Origin: Promethearchaeota archaeon | GTDB taxonomy: Archaea; Asgardarchaeota; Lokiarchaeia; Sigyniarchaeales; SOKP01 | Length of the DNA: 46,498 nt | Reading direction: 5' to 3' | Assembly (NCBI GenBank): GCA_030603385.1 | Contig: JAUVXW010000036.1 | Coordinates: 1-46,498, forward strand | Notes under the pieces: model-generated | Told to the model about the DNA's origin: nothing | What the model saw: the letters and a program-made list of their open reading frames with translations, nothing else | Database searches by the model: none | In this document: in pieces, positions 38,748-46,498 of the stretch | Layout: each line of letters begins with the position of its first letter | Position numbering within the stretch: the first letter of the stretch is position 1 | Position numbers and translations under genes: made by a program

Positions 38748-40774
38748 TCGCAAACAGCACCTCCGCCAGAAACGGCGACTATTTCATCTAGTAATTGATC
38801 ATCACTAAAATTTATTAATTGAATTGCCCCTGTAGGACAAACGGGCATACACATTCCACAAGATTTACACGCAATCTCATTTACAGTAGGTATTCCATTT
38901 TTATCAATATCAATCGCTGCCGGGGCACAAACAGTTTTACAAAGACCACAATTTACACATAAATCATAATCTATGGAAGGAACTAACATTTCTTTTTCAA
39001 TATATCCTTTCACTAAAGGAGCAGCTGCTAAAGCGGCAGCACTTCCAGCATGAGCAACCGTCTCAGAGATGTCTTTAGGTCCTTGAATTGTGCCGGCTAG
39101 GAAAATACCTCCCTTACTACTTAAAGTAGGATTCATTTTTATATGAAATTCTTTTAAAAAGCCCTCCTGTGATCTCAGAACATGAAGTTTAGAGCCAAGT
39201 GGACCAATTCCTTCAGGGGGGACCATAGCAGCAGAAAGTACAACCATATCAGCTTTTAATTGTAAGGGGGTCTGACTTAATGTGTCTTCAACAATTACTC
39301 TTAACTCTCCCGAAATGGGGTCTCTAACAATTTCAGATGGCCTTCCTCGAATAAATCTAACTCCAATTTCCTGAGCAGATTTGTATAATTCTTCAAAGTT
39401 TAATCCTGGAGTTCTTATATCAATATAACATATTGTTACATCAGTATCAGGATACATTTCTTTAATAATTCTGGCATTTTTGATAGCAAACTTACAACAT
39501 ACTCCAGTACAATATTTATTGCCCACTTGGTCGTTTCTACTTCCTACACATTGGATTATAACAACACTTTCTGGAATTTTTCCATCAGAGGGTCTTAGTA
39601 CTTGACTATTAGTAAGTGAAGTAGGAGATAACATTCTCTCTAGTTTCAATTGAGTAATTACATCTTCATATCCTTCTTGTCCATAATGATAAGGTTCAAT
39701 CTCAGAAGGATTATACTCCTTATATCCCGCAGCAACAATTATTGAGCCAACCTTTACGGTCTTGGTCTCAGATTCCATAGAGAAATCAATTGCTTGAACT
39801 GGGCATATATTTATACAAGTATTGCATTCTATACAAGTCTTTTTATCTCTCACATATGTAGCGGGTATTGCTTGAGGATAGGCTTTGTAAATAGCATTCC
39901 TCATTGACATCCCCATATCCCATTCACTTGGTACTTCCACAGGACAGTGTTCCGCACATTCACCACAAGAAGTACAATTATCTTTAACATACCTTGGTTT
40001 TATTTCAATTTCAACCTCGAAATTACCTAATGAACCTTCAACGCTTTTAACTTGAGCGTTAGTATAAAGCTCTATTAATGGATGGTTAGCAACACCATTC
40101 GTAAGTGGAGAAATTGAACACTGTGGACATTCTAAAGTTGGGAATGTTTTGTTTAAGCGTGTCATATGACCTCCTATAGTAGATTCCTTTTCCACTAGAA
40201 ATACTGGGATTCCCAATTCCGCCATATCATAAGCTGATCGAAGGCCAGCGATTCCAGCACCAATAACTAATGCTGCCTTAGTCGTTGGGATTCTTCTTGT
40301 TTCGACATCTTCTAATTTCCTTGATCGATTTACTCCTGCTTCAACAAGTCTCATAGCTTTTTGAGTTGCTTTCTCTTTGTCTTTTTGATGAACCCAACTA
40401 TCGTACTCTCTCACATTAACCTGCTGATGACGATGTCTGTTCAATCTCATTTCTTCAATTGCTTTTGCAAAAGTTTTCCCATGTTGGTTTTTAGAGCATG
40501 AAGCAACTACAGTCCTATTGACTCCAAGTTCCTCGATAGAATCTTTAATCATTTGAACTCCTGGCTTAGAACACATAAACATATAGTGTTCTGCTTTTAC
40601 TACATTTGGTAATGTTGATGCATATTCCGCAACTTTAGCAACGTCCACAGTTCCGGCAATGTTGTGTCCACAGTGACACACGAATACACCTATTCGTGGT
40701 TCTTCGCTTTCCTCAGTTTCAACCTTTTCCCCTAAACCTTCGGTCTCTTTAACTTTTCCTTCTTTTACAGTCAA
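38744..40774 (-). CDS. hdrA: Heterodisulfide reductase subunit A (flavin-based bifurcating)
   Basis: 'IGVFVCHCGHNIA', GAGIAG, 'KTFPTLECPQC', 'QCVGSR...YCTGVCC', 'GPKDI' and ferredoxin motifs. Confidence 0.97.
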   Translation of the reverse strand: MTVKEGKVKETEGLGEKVETEESEEPRIGVFVCHCGHNIAGTVDVAKVAEYASTLPNVVKAEHYMFMCSKPGVQMIKDSIEELGVNRTVVASCSKNQHGKTFAKAIEEMRLNRHRHQQVNVREYDSWVHQKDKEKATQKAMRLVEAGVNRSRKLEDVETRRIPTTKAALVIGAGIAGLRSAYDMAELGIPVFLVEKESTIGGHMTRLNKTFPTLECPQCSISPLTNGVANHPLIELYTNAQVKSVEGSLGNFEVEIEIKPRYVKDNCTSCGECAEHCPVEVPSEWDMGMSMRNAIYKAYPQAIPATYVRDKKTCIECNTCINICPVQAIDFSMESETKTVKVGSIIVAAGYKEYNPSEIEPYHYGQEGYEDVITQLKLERMLSPTSLTNSQVLRPSDGKIPESVVIIQCVGSRNDQVGNKYCTGVCCKFAIKNARIIKEMYPDTDVTICYIDIRTPGLNFEELYKSAQEIGVRFIRGRPSEIVRDPISGELRVIVEDTLSQTPLQLKADMVVLSAAMVPPEGIGPLGSKLHVLRSQEGFLKEFHIKMNPTLSSKGGIFLAGTIQGPKDISETVAHAGSAAALAAAPLVKGYIEKEMLVPSIDYDLCVNCGLCKTVCAPAAIDIDKNGIPTVNEIACKSCGMCMPVCPTGAIQLINFSDDQLLDEIVAVSGGGAVCE

Positions 40775-40775
40775 G

Positions 40776-41693
40776 TTAAATTACCTCCTCTTCTTTTTCT
40801 AATTCTTCTCCCCCAAAAATATACTCTCTACCCATTAATTGATATTGAAGACCAATAAAATCTTGATCCATACCCATACAATAGGCAGTAAGTTGGGAAA
40901 GATGAATAACTGGATAATCATAATTACAACTTTTATTTTTGTTTAGATAATCTTGACCTGTCTCATATTGTAGATGACAAAATGGACAAATATCAAGTAT
41001 AAAATCTGGTTTCACTTCATCAATATTCTTCATTTTTTCAGCAAATATTGCCATACTTGCGTTTCCATCATATGCTTTAACCCCGCCTCCAGCTCCACAG
41101 CAAGTAAGTTGTTCTTTAAATTTAACTGATTCTATTCCTAATACTTCAATAAATTCCTCTACAATTGTTGGTCCTTCTGAACTTTCAATCTCTCTAATTC
41201 TAGTTGGTTTTAGGAAATGACAGCCATAATGAATTGCTGCTCTAGCATTTACTTTTCGAACGATATGATCTTCAATTCCCCATGGTCCGATTTCATAACC
41301 TAAGACTTCAGCTATATGTCTCACATCAATCGTTCCCTTAAACTCGTAATCGCCAATAAGTTTCAATTTTTCATTTACCATAACTCGATGTTCCTCGTTT
41401 GCTTTCAAATGTTTATTGACTTCTTGAAGTGTGCCAAAACATCCATTACATACAGTCAAAATATCGGCATCTAACTTTTCCGCTATGCACAAATTTCTTG
41501 CTGCTGCTACCATCCAATCAACCTTATTAAAAGATCGAAATACTCCTGGAGCTGGGCAACATGTTGCTCTCTCCATATCTAAGAGTTCGTATCCCAATTT
41601 TTCCATTACAAATTTTGTTGATTTTTCAATAGCAGGATATCGATTTGGCATCAAACACCCTAAAAAGAAAGCAAATGTGTTTTCTTTAACCAT
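40776..41693 (-). CDS. hdrB: Heterodisulfide reductase subunit B
   Basis: Two CCG domains: FLGC..CCPAPG..CNGC and HYGCH..CCGAGG..CPFCHLQ. Confidence 0.97.
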   Translation of the reverse strand: MVKENTFAFFLGCLMPNRYPAIEKSTKFVMEKLGYELLDMERATCCPAPGVFRSFNKVDWMVAAARNLCIAEKLDADILTVCNGCFGTLQEVNKHLKANEEHRVMVNEKLKLIGDYEFKGTIDVRHIAEVLGYEIGPWGIEDHIVRKVNARAAIHYGCHFLKPTRIREIESSEGPTIVEEFIEVLGIESVKFKEQLTCCGAGGGVKAYDGNASMAIFAEKMKNIDEVKPDFILDICPFCHLQYETGQDYLNKNKSCNYDYPVIHLSQLTAYCMGMDQDFIGLQYQLMGREYIFGGEELEKEEEVI

Positions 41694-41696
41694 TTT

Positions 41697-42254
41697 TTAC
41701 GCCTCCTCCTCTTCCTTTTTTTCCTCCTTAACTGGAGGTAAATCAAACATATGTTCCTCAAAATTTTTTAAATCTTTATCATCCCCCTCCTGTTTAAATT
41801 TAAACGCAGTAGGAGGCAATTCTTCTAATCCTAATTCGACTCTTCGTTTTTTTACCTCATCATTTATAGGTACCGCATGTCCAAAATTCTTCAAATAACC
41901 TACTACAGCCCTATGATTAGGAGAGATGTTTCCTAATTTAGTCGCATAATTTCGCAACTCCATAATTACATCTGTAGGTCTTACATCACGAGGACATCGT
42001 TCATAACATTGATAACATGTTGTACAGAGCCAAATGTCTGGATCTTTTAATACCGATAAATCTCCCAAGACAACTTTTCTAATAATAGATCGAGTTTTTA
42101 AAGCAGTCCATCTACCACTCTCACAACTTGCTGTACACGTACCGCATTGGATGCACTGCCAAATATTTGATTTTCTTTCAATATTTTTAAAAAATTCTTT
42201 ATCAAAATCTTCGTCTGTTTTATATTCCCTTGCTTGTTCTTCTACATCAGACGT
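41697..42254 (-). CDS. hdrC: Heterodisulfide reductase subunit C (probable ACG start)
   Basis: The frame extends upstream of 42068 through CIQCGTCTASC to ACG at 42254, which directly follows an in-frame TAA. SD GGTGA at 42265-42261. The second cluster is CTTCYQCYERCP. Confidence 0.92.
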   Translation of the reverse strand, partial: TSDVEEQAREYKTDEDFDKEFFKNIERKSNIWQCIQCGTCTASCESGRWTALKTRSIIRKVVLGDLSVLKDPDIWLCTTCYQCYERCPRDVRPTDVIMELRNYATKLGNISPNHRAVVGYLKNFGHAVPINDEVKKRRVELGLEELPPTAFKFKQEGDDKDLKNFEEHMFDLPPVKEEKKEEEEA

Positions 42255-42308
42255 TTATCATCACCTTTTTTGAAATTTAAAATAAAAAAAAAAAAAATTT
42301 GTTTTAAT

Positions 42309-42740
42309 TTATAATGAAACTATTCTGCCACCGTTACTCATTTCTAAAAATGCAGCAGCACCAACAGGATCTTCAACCCAATCAAGTAAATCTTCTCTTT
42401 TTATCCTCATTAAATCCATGGTCATTTGACATGGATATAATTTCATATTTCCGTTTTCGACAGCATCCTTAATCATTGCCCATGGATCTTCAATACCGAA
42501 TTTTTTCATTCTTTTTAAAAATATTTTTGCACCCATCCCTTTCATTGGAAAAGGCATACCTGCAACTTTTGGTTTAAACTTCTTAGTTAGAAGATTTAAA
42601 CCCCAAAAAGTAAAGAAAAAATTCATTTTAGTATCCATAGCGTCACCTGTTGTTCCAAGGAGCATCATCATTGCGAACTTTTCGAATGATTTGTCCTTTA
42701 CAATAAAATTTATTGTTTCTGTTTCAGCCACATATACCAC
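42309..42740 (-). CDS. DsrE2/DrsE_2-family sulfurtransferase
   Basis: 'FFTFWGL', 'YPCQMTMDLM' and 'VGAAAFL'. The true start may be GTG 42731. Confidence 0.88.
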   Translation of the reverse strand: MVYVAETETINFIVKDKSFEKFAMMMLLGTTGDAMDTKMNFFFTFWGLNLLTKKFKPKVAGMPFPMKGMGAKIFLKRMKKFGIEDPWAMIKDAVENGNMKLYPCQMTMDLMRIKREDLLDWVEDPVGAAAFLEMSNGGRIVSL

Positions 42741-42846
42741 CTTCTATTTTTTTTTGTTATTCTTTTTTTTGTTTAATACTAACTTTTTCCTGGTATTAAC
42801 CAGATTTTTTCAAAAATCTTTTTATATTAATTTTTTTTCCTTCAAA

Positions 42847-43188
42847 CTACATCCAAGAAATAACCTTTGGAGTAGCATCTATAAAATCTATAAGATCATC
42901 GTATTCTATAGATTTAATTTTATTATGAACTAATTCTGGAGCTATTCCACGAGCCTTTATATCTGACTTCATCGCAAATACAGCAATATCTAAATCGAGG
43001 AGTTCTTCCATTTGTTTTGGTATTTTTCCCTTTGTTGAGATACCTATTACACCATCTTGAATTAAAACTAATCCAAGCTTAGTGTTCTTTTTGATTTGAC
43101 TTTTTAAAAGGGGTAGTAATCTTCTTAAATGATTCCCTGTCAATCCACTAAATCCAAACAAATATATCATATCAAGATTTTCTGTCAT
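42847..43188 (-). CDS. dsrH: DsrH/TusB-like subunit
   Basis: 'LIQDGV', 'DIKARG' and terminal 'VISW'. Confidence 0.88.
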   Translation of the reverse strand: MTENLDMIYLFGFSGLTGNHLRRLLPLLKSQIKKNTKLGLVLIQDGVIGISTKGKIPKQMEELLDLDIAVFAMKSDIKARGIAPELVHNKIKSIEYDDLIDFIDATPKVISWM

Positions 43189-43204
43189 TATTTTCTACCC
43201 TCCA

Positions 43205-43573
43205 TTAAAATCTAAAGCTTGTATCGGCATTGGCAATTAACTCTGTTAAATCGTCATAATTGATGATTTTCAAGTTTTCATACTCAACTAAGTCTTCTTT
43301 TGTTATTCCCGCCTCATTTAAAGCAGATTCAATTAGATATACTTCTAAATCAGATAAATCTGCCATTTCTAATACCTCTGTCAAAGGATCCATTCCAACT
43401 GCTTCCGGATTGCAATACTTATTAAACAAATAAACAGCATCACCCGTTAATACAACTTTACAGTCAATAATTTCTCCTAGAGCTGTGAATCCTGAGCCAA
43501 TCCTTATTGCCTCAATTGCTGAATTTCTCCCTATAGGTGATTGGTCACTTATTACTACTACTGATTCTATCAT
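43205..43573 (-). CDS. dsrF: DsrF/TusC-like subunit
   Basis: 'SPIG...EAIR', 'GDAVY' and terminal 'ADTSFRF'. It lies between dsrE and dsrH. Confidence 0.85.
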   Translation of the reverse strand: MIESVVVISDQSPIGRNSAIEAIRIGSGFTALGEIIDCKVVLTGDAVYLFNKYCNPEAVGMDPLTEVLEMADLSDLEVYLIESALNEAGITKEDLVEYENLKIINYDDLTELIANADTSFRF

Positions 43574-43576
43574 GAT

Positions 43577-43945
43577 TTAACCTCCAGTTCCAAATACTAA
43601 TAATTTATCCGCTTCTATTGCCCAATTTGAAAAATCTCCTAATCCCTCTTCAGTCGCACCTTCAATGAATTCTGACTCTTTTAACCCAGTTATGCTAACC
43701 CATGTACTACAGCCAGCAACTGGAATGCTATTATCCTTGCTAAATTGTTCGATTTTCTCTGGGATGTTGCGAATAGACGTTCCACAGCTTATATCCTTTT
43801 TAAGATTATATACTCCTGTACCAAAGAAAAATATGCCCCTAATTTCATGCCCCTTTCTAATCGCAGCTTTACCTATTTCGATCAGCGAATCAACTGCTTG
43901 ATATTTGTAAGGTTCTGTGCTAATAAAGAAAACATATTTGGACAT
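43577..43945 (-). CDS. dsrE: DsrE/TusD-like sulfurtransferase subunit
   Basis: 'PY', 'GHEIRGIFFFGTGV', catalytic-position Cys in 'AGCSTW' and 'GLG....AIEADKLLVF'. Confidence 0.88.
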   Translation of the reverse strand: MSKYVFFISTEPYKYQAVDSLIEIGKAAIRKGHEIRGIFFFGTGVYNLKKDISCGTSIRNIPEKIEQFSKDNSIPVAGCSTWVSITGLKESEFIEGATEEGLGDFSNWAIEADKLLVFGTGG

Positions 43946-43973
43946 AGTATCTCCAAACTCCGTTTTATAGGTT

Positions 43974-44207
43974 TTAACCCTTCTTAATGATAAAAATTAA
44001 ATTTCCATTGTCTTCCTTGAGTTCGACTAATTCATCACCGATCTTATTTAAAAGAGCGGGAATATCCTTTTTTGCTCCAACATCGTCAACAATTACCTCA
44101 ATGACTTGACCAGAACTTAAGTTTTTTAATTCCTTCTTAGTTTTCAATACTGGCATAGGACACTTCAATCCAGTATAATCAAAGGTTTTATCAGCCATTT
44201 TTTTCAA
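43974..44207 (-). CDS. tusA: Sulfur carrier protein TusA (proximal copy; ATG at 44198)
   Basis: 'DYTGLKCPMPVLKTKK' and 'VDDVGAKKDIP'. Confidence 0.95.
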   Translation of the reverse strand: MKKMADKTFDYTGLKCPMPVLKTKKELKNLSSGQVIEVIVDDVGAKKDIPALLNKIGDELVELKEDNGNLIFIIKKG

Positions 44208-44249
44208 CTTTTTTAGTTTTTTTGTATGTTTTTTATTTACATTTTATAA

Positions 44250-44369
44250 GTGATTTATTCTTAAATATCACAAATACAAAGTCTTATTTAAAGTTAAAGT
44301 ACATAATATAAAAATACTTCGAGAAAAAAACACATATCATAATAGACCCTTTTAAATAAATATCACAAA
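44250..44369. promoter_or_regulatory. Divergent promoter region with 13-bp direct repeat TAAATATCACAAA (44262, 44357)
   Basis: The exact repeat is seen directly. The first copy is part of a GTGAT-N12-ATCAC inverted repeat. It lies between tusA and the Lrp gene. Confidence 0.5.
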
Positions 44370-44456
44370 CAAAAAGTTTAAATTAACTTTTACATATAAA
44401 TAGATAGGAGTCAAAAAAACTCTAAATAACGAAACATATATTTCATAAATATTGCT

Positions 44457-44921
44457 ATGACAGAAATTGTAGAACTTGACCAAAAAGATAAGCAGATACT
44501 AACAATCTTACAATCGAATGCTAAAGCATCATTACGTGACATAGAAAGTGTTACTGATTTAAGTACAACTTCGATCCGTATGCGAATTAATAGATTAAAA
44601 GAAAAAAAAATAATAAAACAATATCTTACATTAATTGATTGTCGTTATTTGGGCTATCGTGAAATGGTTATGGCGTCATTGAGAGTTAATTCTTCATATC
44701 CTATGGAAGATGTTAAGAGAAAGATTGAGGATATGGATAAAATTAAATACGCTTACGTAATTACGGGGGAATACCCTTTATTCATTATGGCAAAATGTTT
44801 AAATCATCAAGATTCTATGAGTCTTATTGAAAATTTAAGAAACCTTCCAGGAATAAAGGAAGTGAAGACGCAAATAGTCTTAGATAGAATTAAAGAAGAT
44901 CCCACTATAATCATTCCTTGA
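44457..44921 (+). CDS. Lrp/AsnC family transcriptional regulator
   Basis: 'LDQKDKQILTILQSNAKASLRDI...RINRL' HTH plus a RAM domain 'ITGEY'. Confidence 0.93.
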   Translation: MTEIVELDQKDKQILTILQSNAKASLRDIESVTDLSTTSIRMRINRLKEKKIIKQYLTLIDCRYLGYREMVMASLRVNSSYPMEDVKRKIEDMDKIKYAYVITGEYPLFIMAKCLNHQDSMSLIENLRNLPGIKEVKTQIVLDRIKEDPTIIIP

Positions 44922-45078
44922 TTTAAATTTTTGTTTGAATCTTCATCGTTTTATTTATATTTAAACAAAAAATTTCATGAAAGGTAAAATCAGCGTAAAC
45001 ACGTACAACAAAAAAAGCGATCATTAAAATGAGATCCATGATTACTTGAGAAACTACAGCAGCGGAGGGCGTAAAAAT

Positions 45079-45633
45079 TTATGATTCTAAAGATAATGGT
45101 TTATATTTTGAATATAATTTATCAATGATAGCATTGAAAGCATTACGAACTCCTTGTCCCGTTTTTGCTGATGTTAAGTAATATCCGAGAAAATTTCGTT
45201 TTTTAACAAGTTCTTCAATTTTCGTTTTATCAAAACTGTTTTCCTTAATTAAATCTACCTTATTGGCAAATAAAACAATAGGAATATCGCTACAATACTT
45301 TTTTAACTCATTATCCCAATTATCTATATGTTCAAAACTTTCTTTACCTAAATCATTATCTTCAAGGCTATAAACAATTATGCAACCTTTACTTTCTCTA
45401 TAAAATAATGGATGTAAAAAATTAAAATCATCTTGACCTGCAATATCCCAGAAATTTAAACTTATTAAGTCTCCCTTAATTTCTTTATCATATTTTGAAA
45501 ATTGGGCACCTATGGTTTTGATATAATCTTTTTCAAAAGTTCCCTTTGTGAATTTTTTTACTAAAGATGTTTTTCCGACCCCTCCATCTCCTATTATGCA
45601 TATCTTAAATCCAAATTCTTGAGAATTAGTCAT
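45079..45633 (-). CDS. Rab/Ras-like small GTPase
   Basis: G1 GDGGVGKTS, G2 TIG, G3 WDIAGQ, G4 NKVD and G5 TSAKTG. No prenylation motif. Confidence 0.95.
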   Translation of the reverse strand: MTNSQEFGFKICIIGDGGVGKTSLVKKFTKGTFEKDYIKTIGAQFSKYDKEIKGDLISLNFWDIAGQDDFNFLHPLFYRESKGCIIVYSLEDNDLGKESFEHIDNWDNELKKYCSDIPIVLFANKVDLIKENSFDKTKIEELVKKRNFLGYYLTSAKTGQGVRNAFNAIIDKLYSKYKPLSLES

Positions 45634-45722
45634 TTATCGGTTAAGAATTTCGCAATAATATTATACTTTAATGTTAACTTAGGTGTTTTTTAATATAAAA
45701 CTTTGGCTCACTGTATTATTAG

Positions 45723-46498
45723 TCAATGTTCACTAATTACCACACTTTTTTTGATGAAAATATCTGTAATTAAAGTTTCTAGTAAGGGGATATCTTTCAA
45801 ACGAATAATCTGGTTTACTTGAAAAGATTTAAGTAAATTTTGCCAGATCTTCTCTTCCTTTTGGATGTGATCTATAAATTTTTTTGTTTTTTGAAGGGCG
45901 TAGTAGGAATCACCTTTAAATATATAGGATATAAAAAAAGGCGGAATTGATTTCATTAGAAGAGTATATTCACCGAAGACTGCTCTGTCCAATCCCTCAG
46001 AAAACATTTCTCTAATAAAATAATCGATTGTGGTTAAAAAACCGCCAAAGATTTGGGAATCAATAGATGTTTCCTCTACAAATGAGTGAGAGAATAAAAG
46101 TCTACCACCCTCCGAAACAATAAGAAGTAGAATAGGTTTCTCATCTAAAAGTTCTGGTATCTCAACAGCTCGTCTTCTCACCATTTTCTCCATTTGATCC
46201 ATCACTCCAGCGAACTTCCAACGTTCAGATAAAGAGGATCTTGATTCTTTTAACTTCTCCCATAAGTCTAATTGTTTAAGTATTTGATCATGTTCAAAGG
46301 AAATTTTCATTGCTAAGCGTTTCATGCTATAGGACTCTGCAATCTTCTGTGCTTGAGTCAAAAACAGTCGGGCTGATTTTATATCAAAATTTAATAAAGC
46401 TAATTTAGCCTGAAGTATGAAAGATTCACAAAAAACAAAATATGAATGTTGTTTCTCCGCGATAGTTGATAATTTAGTGATGTAATTATTTAATTCGG
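45723..46498 (-). CDS. Partial TPR/helical repeat protein with C-terminal longin-like domain
   Basis: The frame is open to the window end (ELNNYITKL...QAKLALLNFDIKSARLFLTQAQKIAE). The C-terminal part has 'LLIVSEGGRLLFSHSF...IFGGFLTTIDYFIREMF'. Confidence 0.75.
   Translation of the reverse strand, partial: ELNNYITKLSTIAEKQHSYFVFCESFILQAKLALLNFDIKSARLFLTQAQKIAESYSMKRLAMKISFEHDQILKQLDLWEKLKESRSSLSERWKFAGVMDQMEKMVRRRAVEIPELLDEKPILLLIVSEGGRLLFSHSFVEETSIDSQIFGGFLTTIDYFIREMFSEGLDRAVFGEYTLLMKSIPPFFISYIFKGDSYYALQKTKKFIDHIQKEEKIWQNLLKSFQVNQIIRLKDIPLLETLITDIFIKKSVVISEH

Noticed and set aside
38295-40774. Possible selenocysteine recoding in HdrA/MvhD (reported for some Lokiarchaeia and methanogens)
   Set aside because: Both ORFs are continuous, with Cys at the relevant motifs. 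The hdrA TGA is an ordinary ATGA overlap with mvhD.
34326-44207. Interpretation as the sulfur-oxidising sHdr system or as methanogenesis
   Set aside because: There is a single hdrCB with intact CCG motifs plus mvhD, and no second hdrCB, lipoate-binding protein or mcr gene in the window.
44930-45078. Slightly GC-richer spacer between the convergent Lrp and GTPase genes; possible ncRNA or membrane-gene remnant
   Set aside because: No convincing stem structure or recognisable protein motif.
1-46498. CRISPR arrays, tRNA/rRNA genes, IS elements, integrases
   Set aside because: I saw no regularly spaced repeats, cloverleaf-like GC-rich segments, transposase motifs or terminal inverted repeats by eye. 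tRNAscan-SE and CRISPR finders would confirm.

Overview
AT-rich (about 30% GC by eye) archaeal chromosomal window. It is most likely from an Asgard archaeon (Lokiarchaeia-like), inferred from two roadblock proteins, a Rab-like GTPase, a TPR-longin-like protein, an LRR fragment, an AN1 zinc finger, a PGY-TM-basic C-terminal sorting signal and archaeal GGTGA/GGAGG ribosome-binding sites. The main feature is a ~10 kb minus-strand operon (34326-44207) bracketed by two tusA genes: tusA-dsrE-dsrF-dsrH-dsrE2-hdrC-hdrB-hdrA-mvhD-(MvhG-like + long extension)-(FrhB with a nested GltD/SudA-like module + wHTH)-tusA, with a divergent Lrp regulator. It looks like a hydrogenase-less, F420H2/NAD(P)H-linked Hdr electron-bifurcation system coupled to a sulfur relay. 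Other highlights: a bactofilin plus coiled-coil/RHH/wHTH operon preceded by an ATACACA repeat/palindrome array and upstream mini-ORFs; a very divergent RtcB-fold protein convergent with metG; a VWA + double C4HC3 finger protein resembling Ssl1/p44 or Rpn10; a glycyl radical enzyme with an atypical KVGGY loop; a high-GC radical SAM gene; non-canonical ACG and CTG starts; and several gene remnants missed by the ORF track. No rRNA, tRNA, CRISPR array or IS element was recognised. All calls come from motif reading, not database searches.
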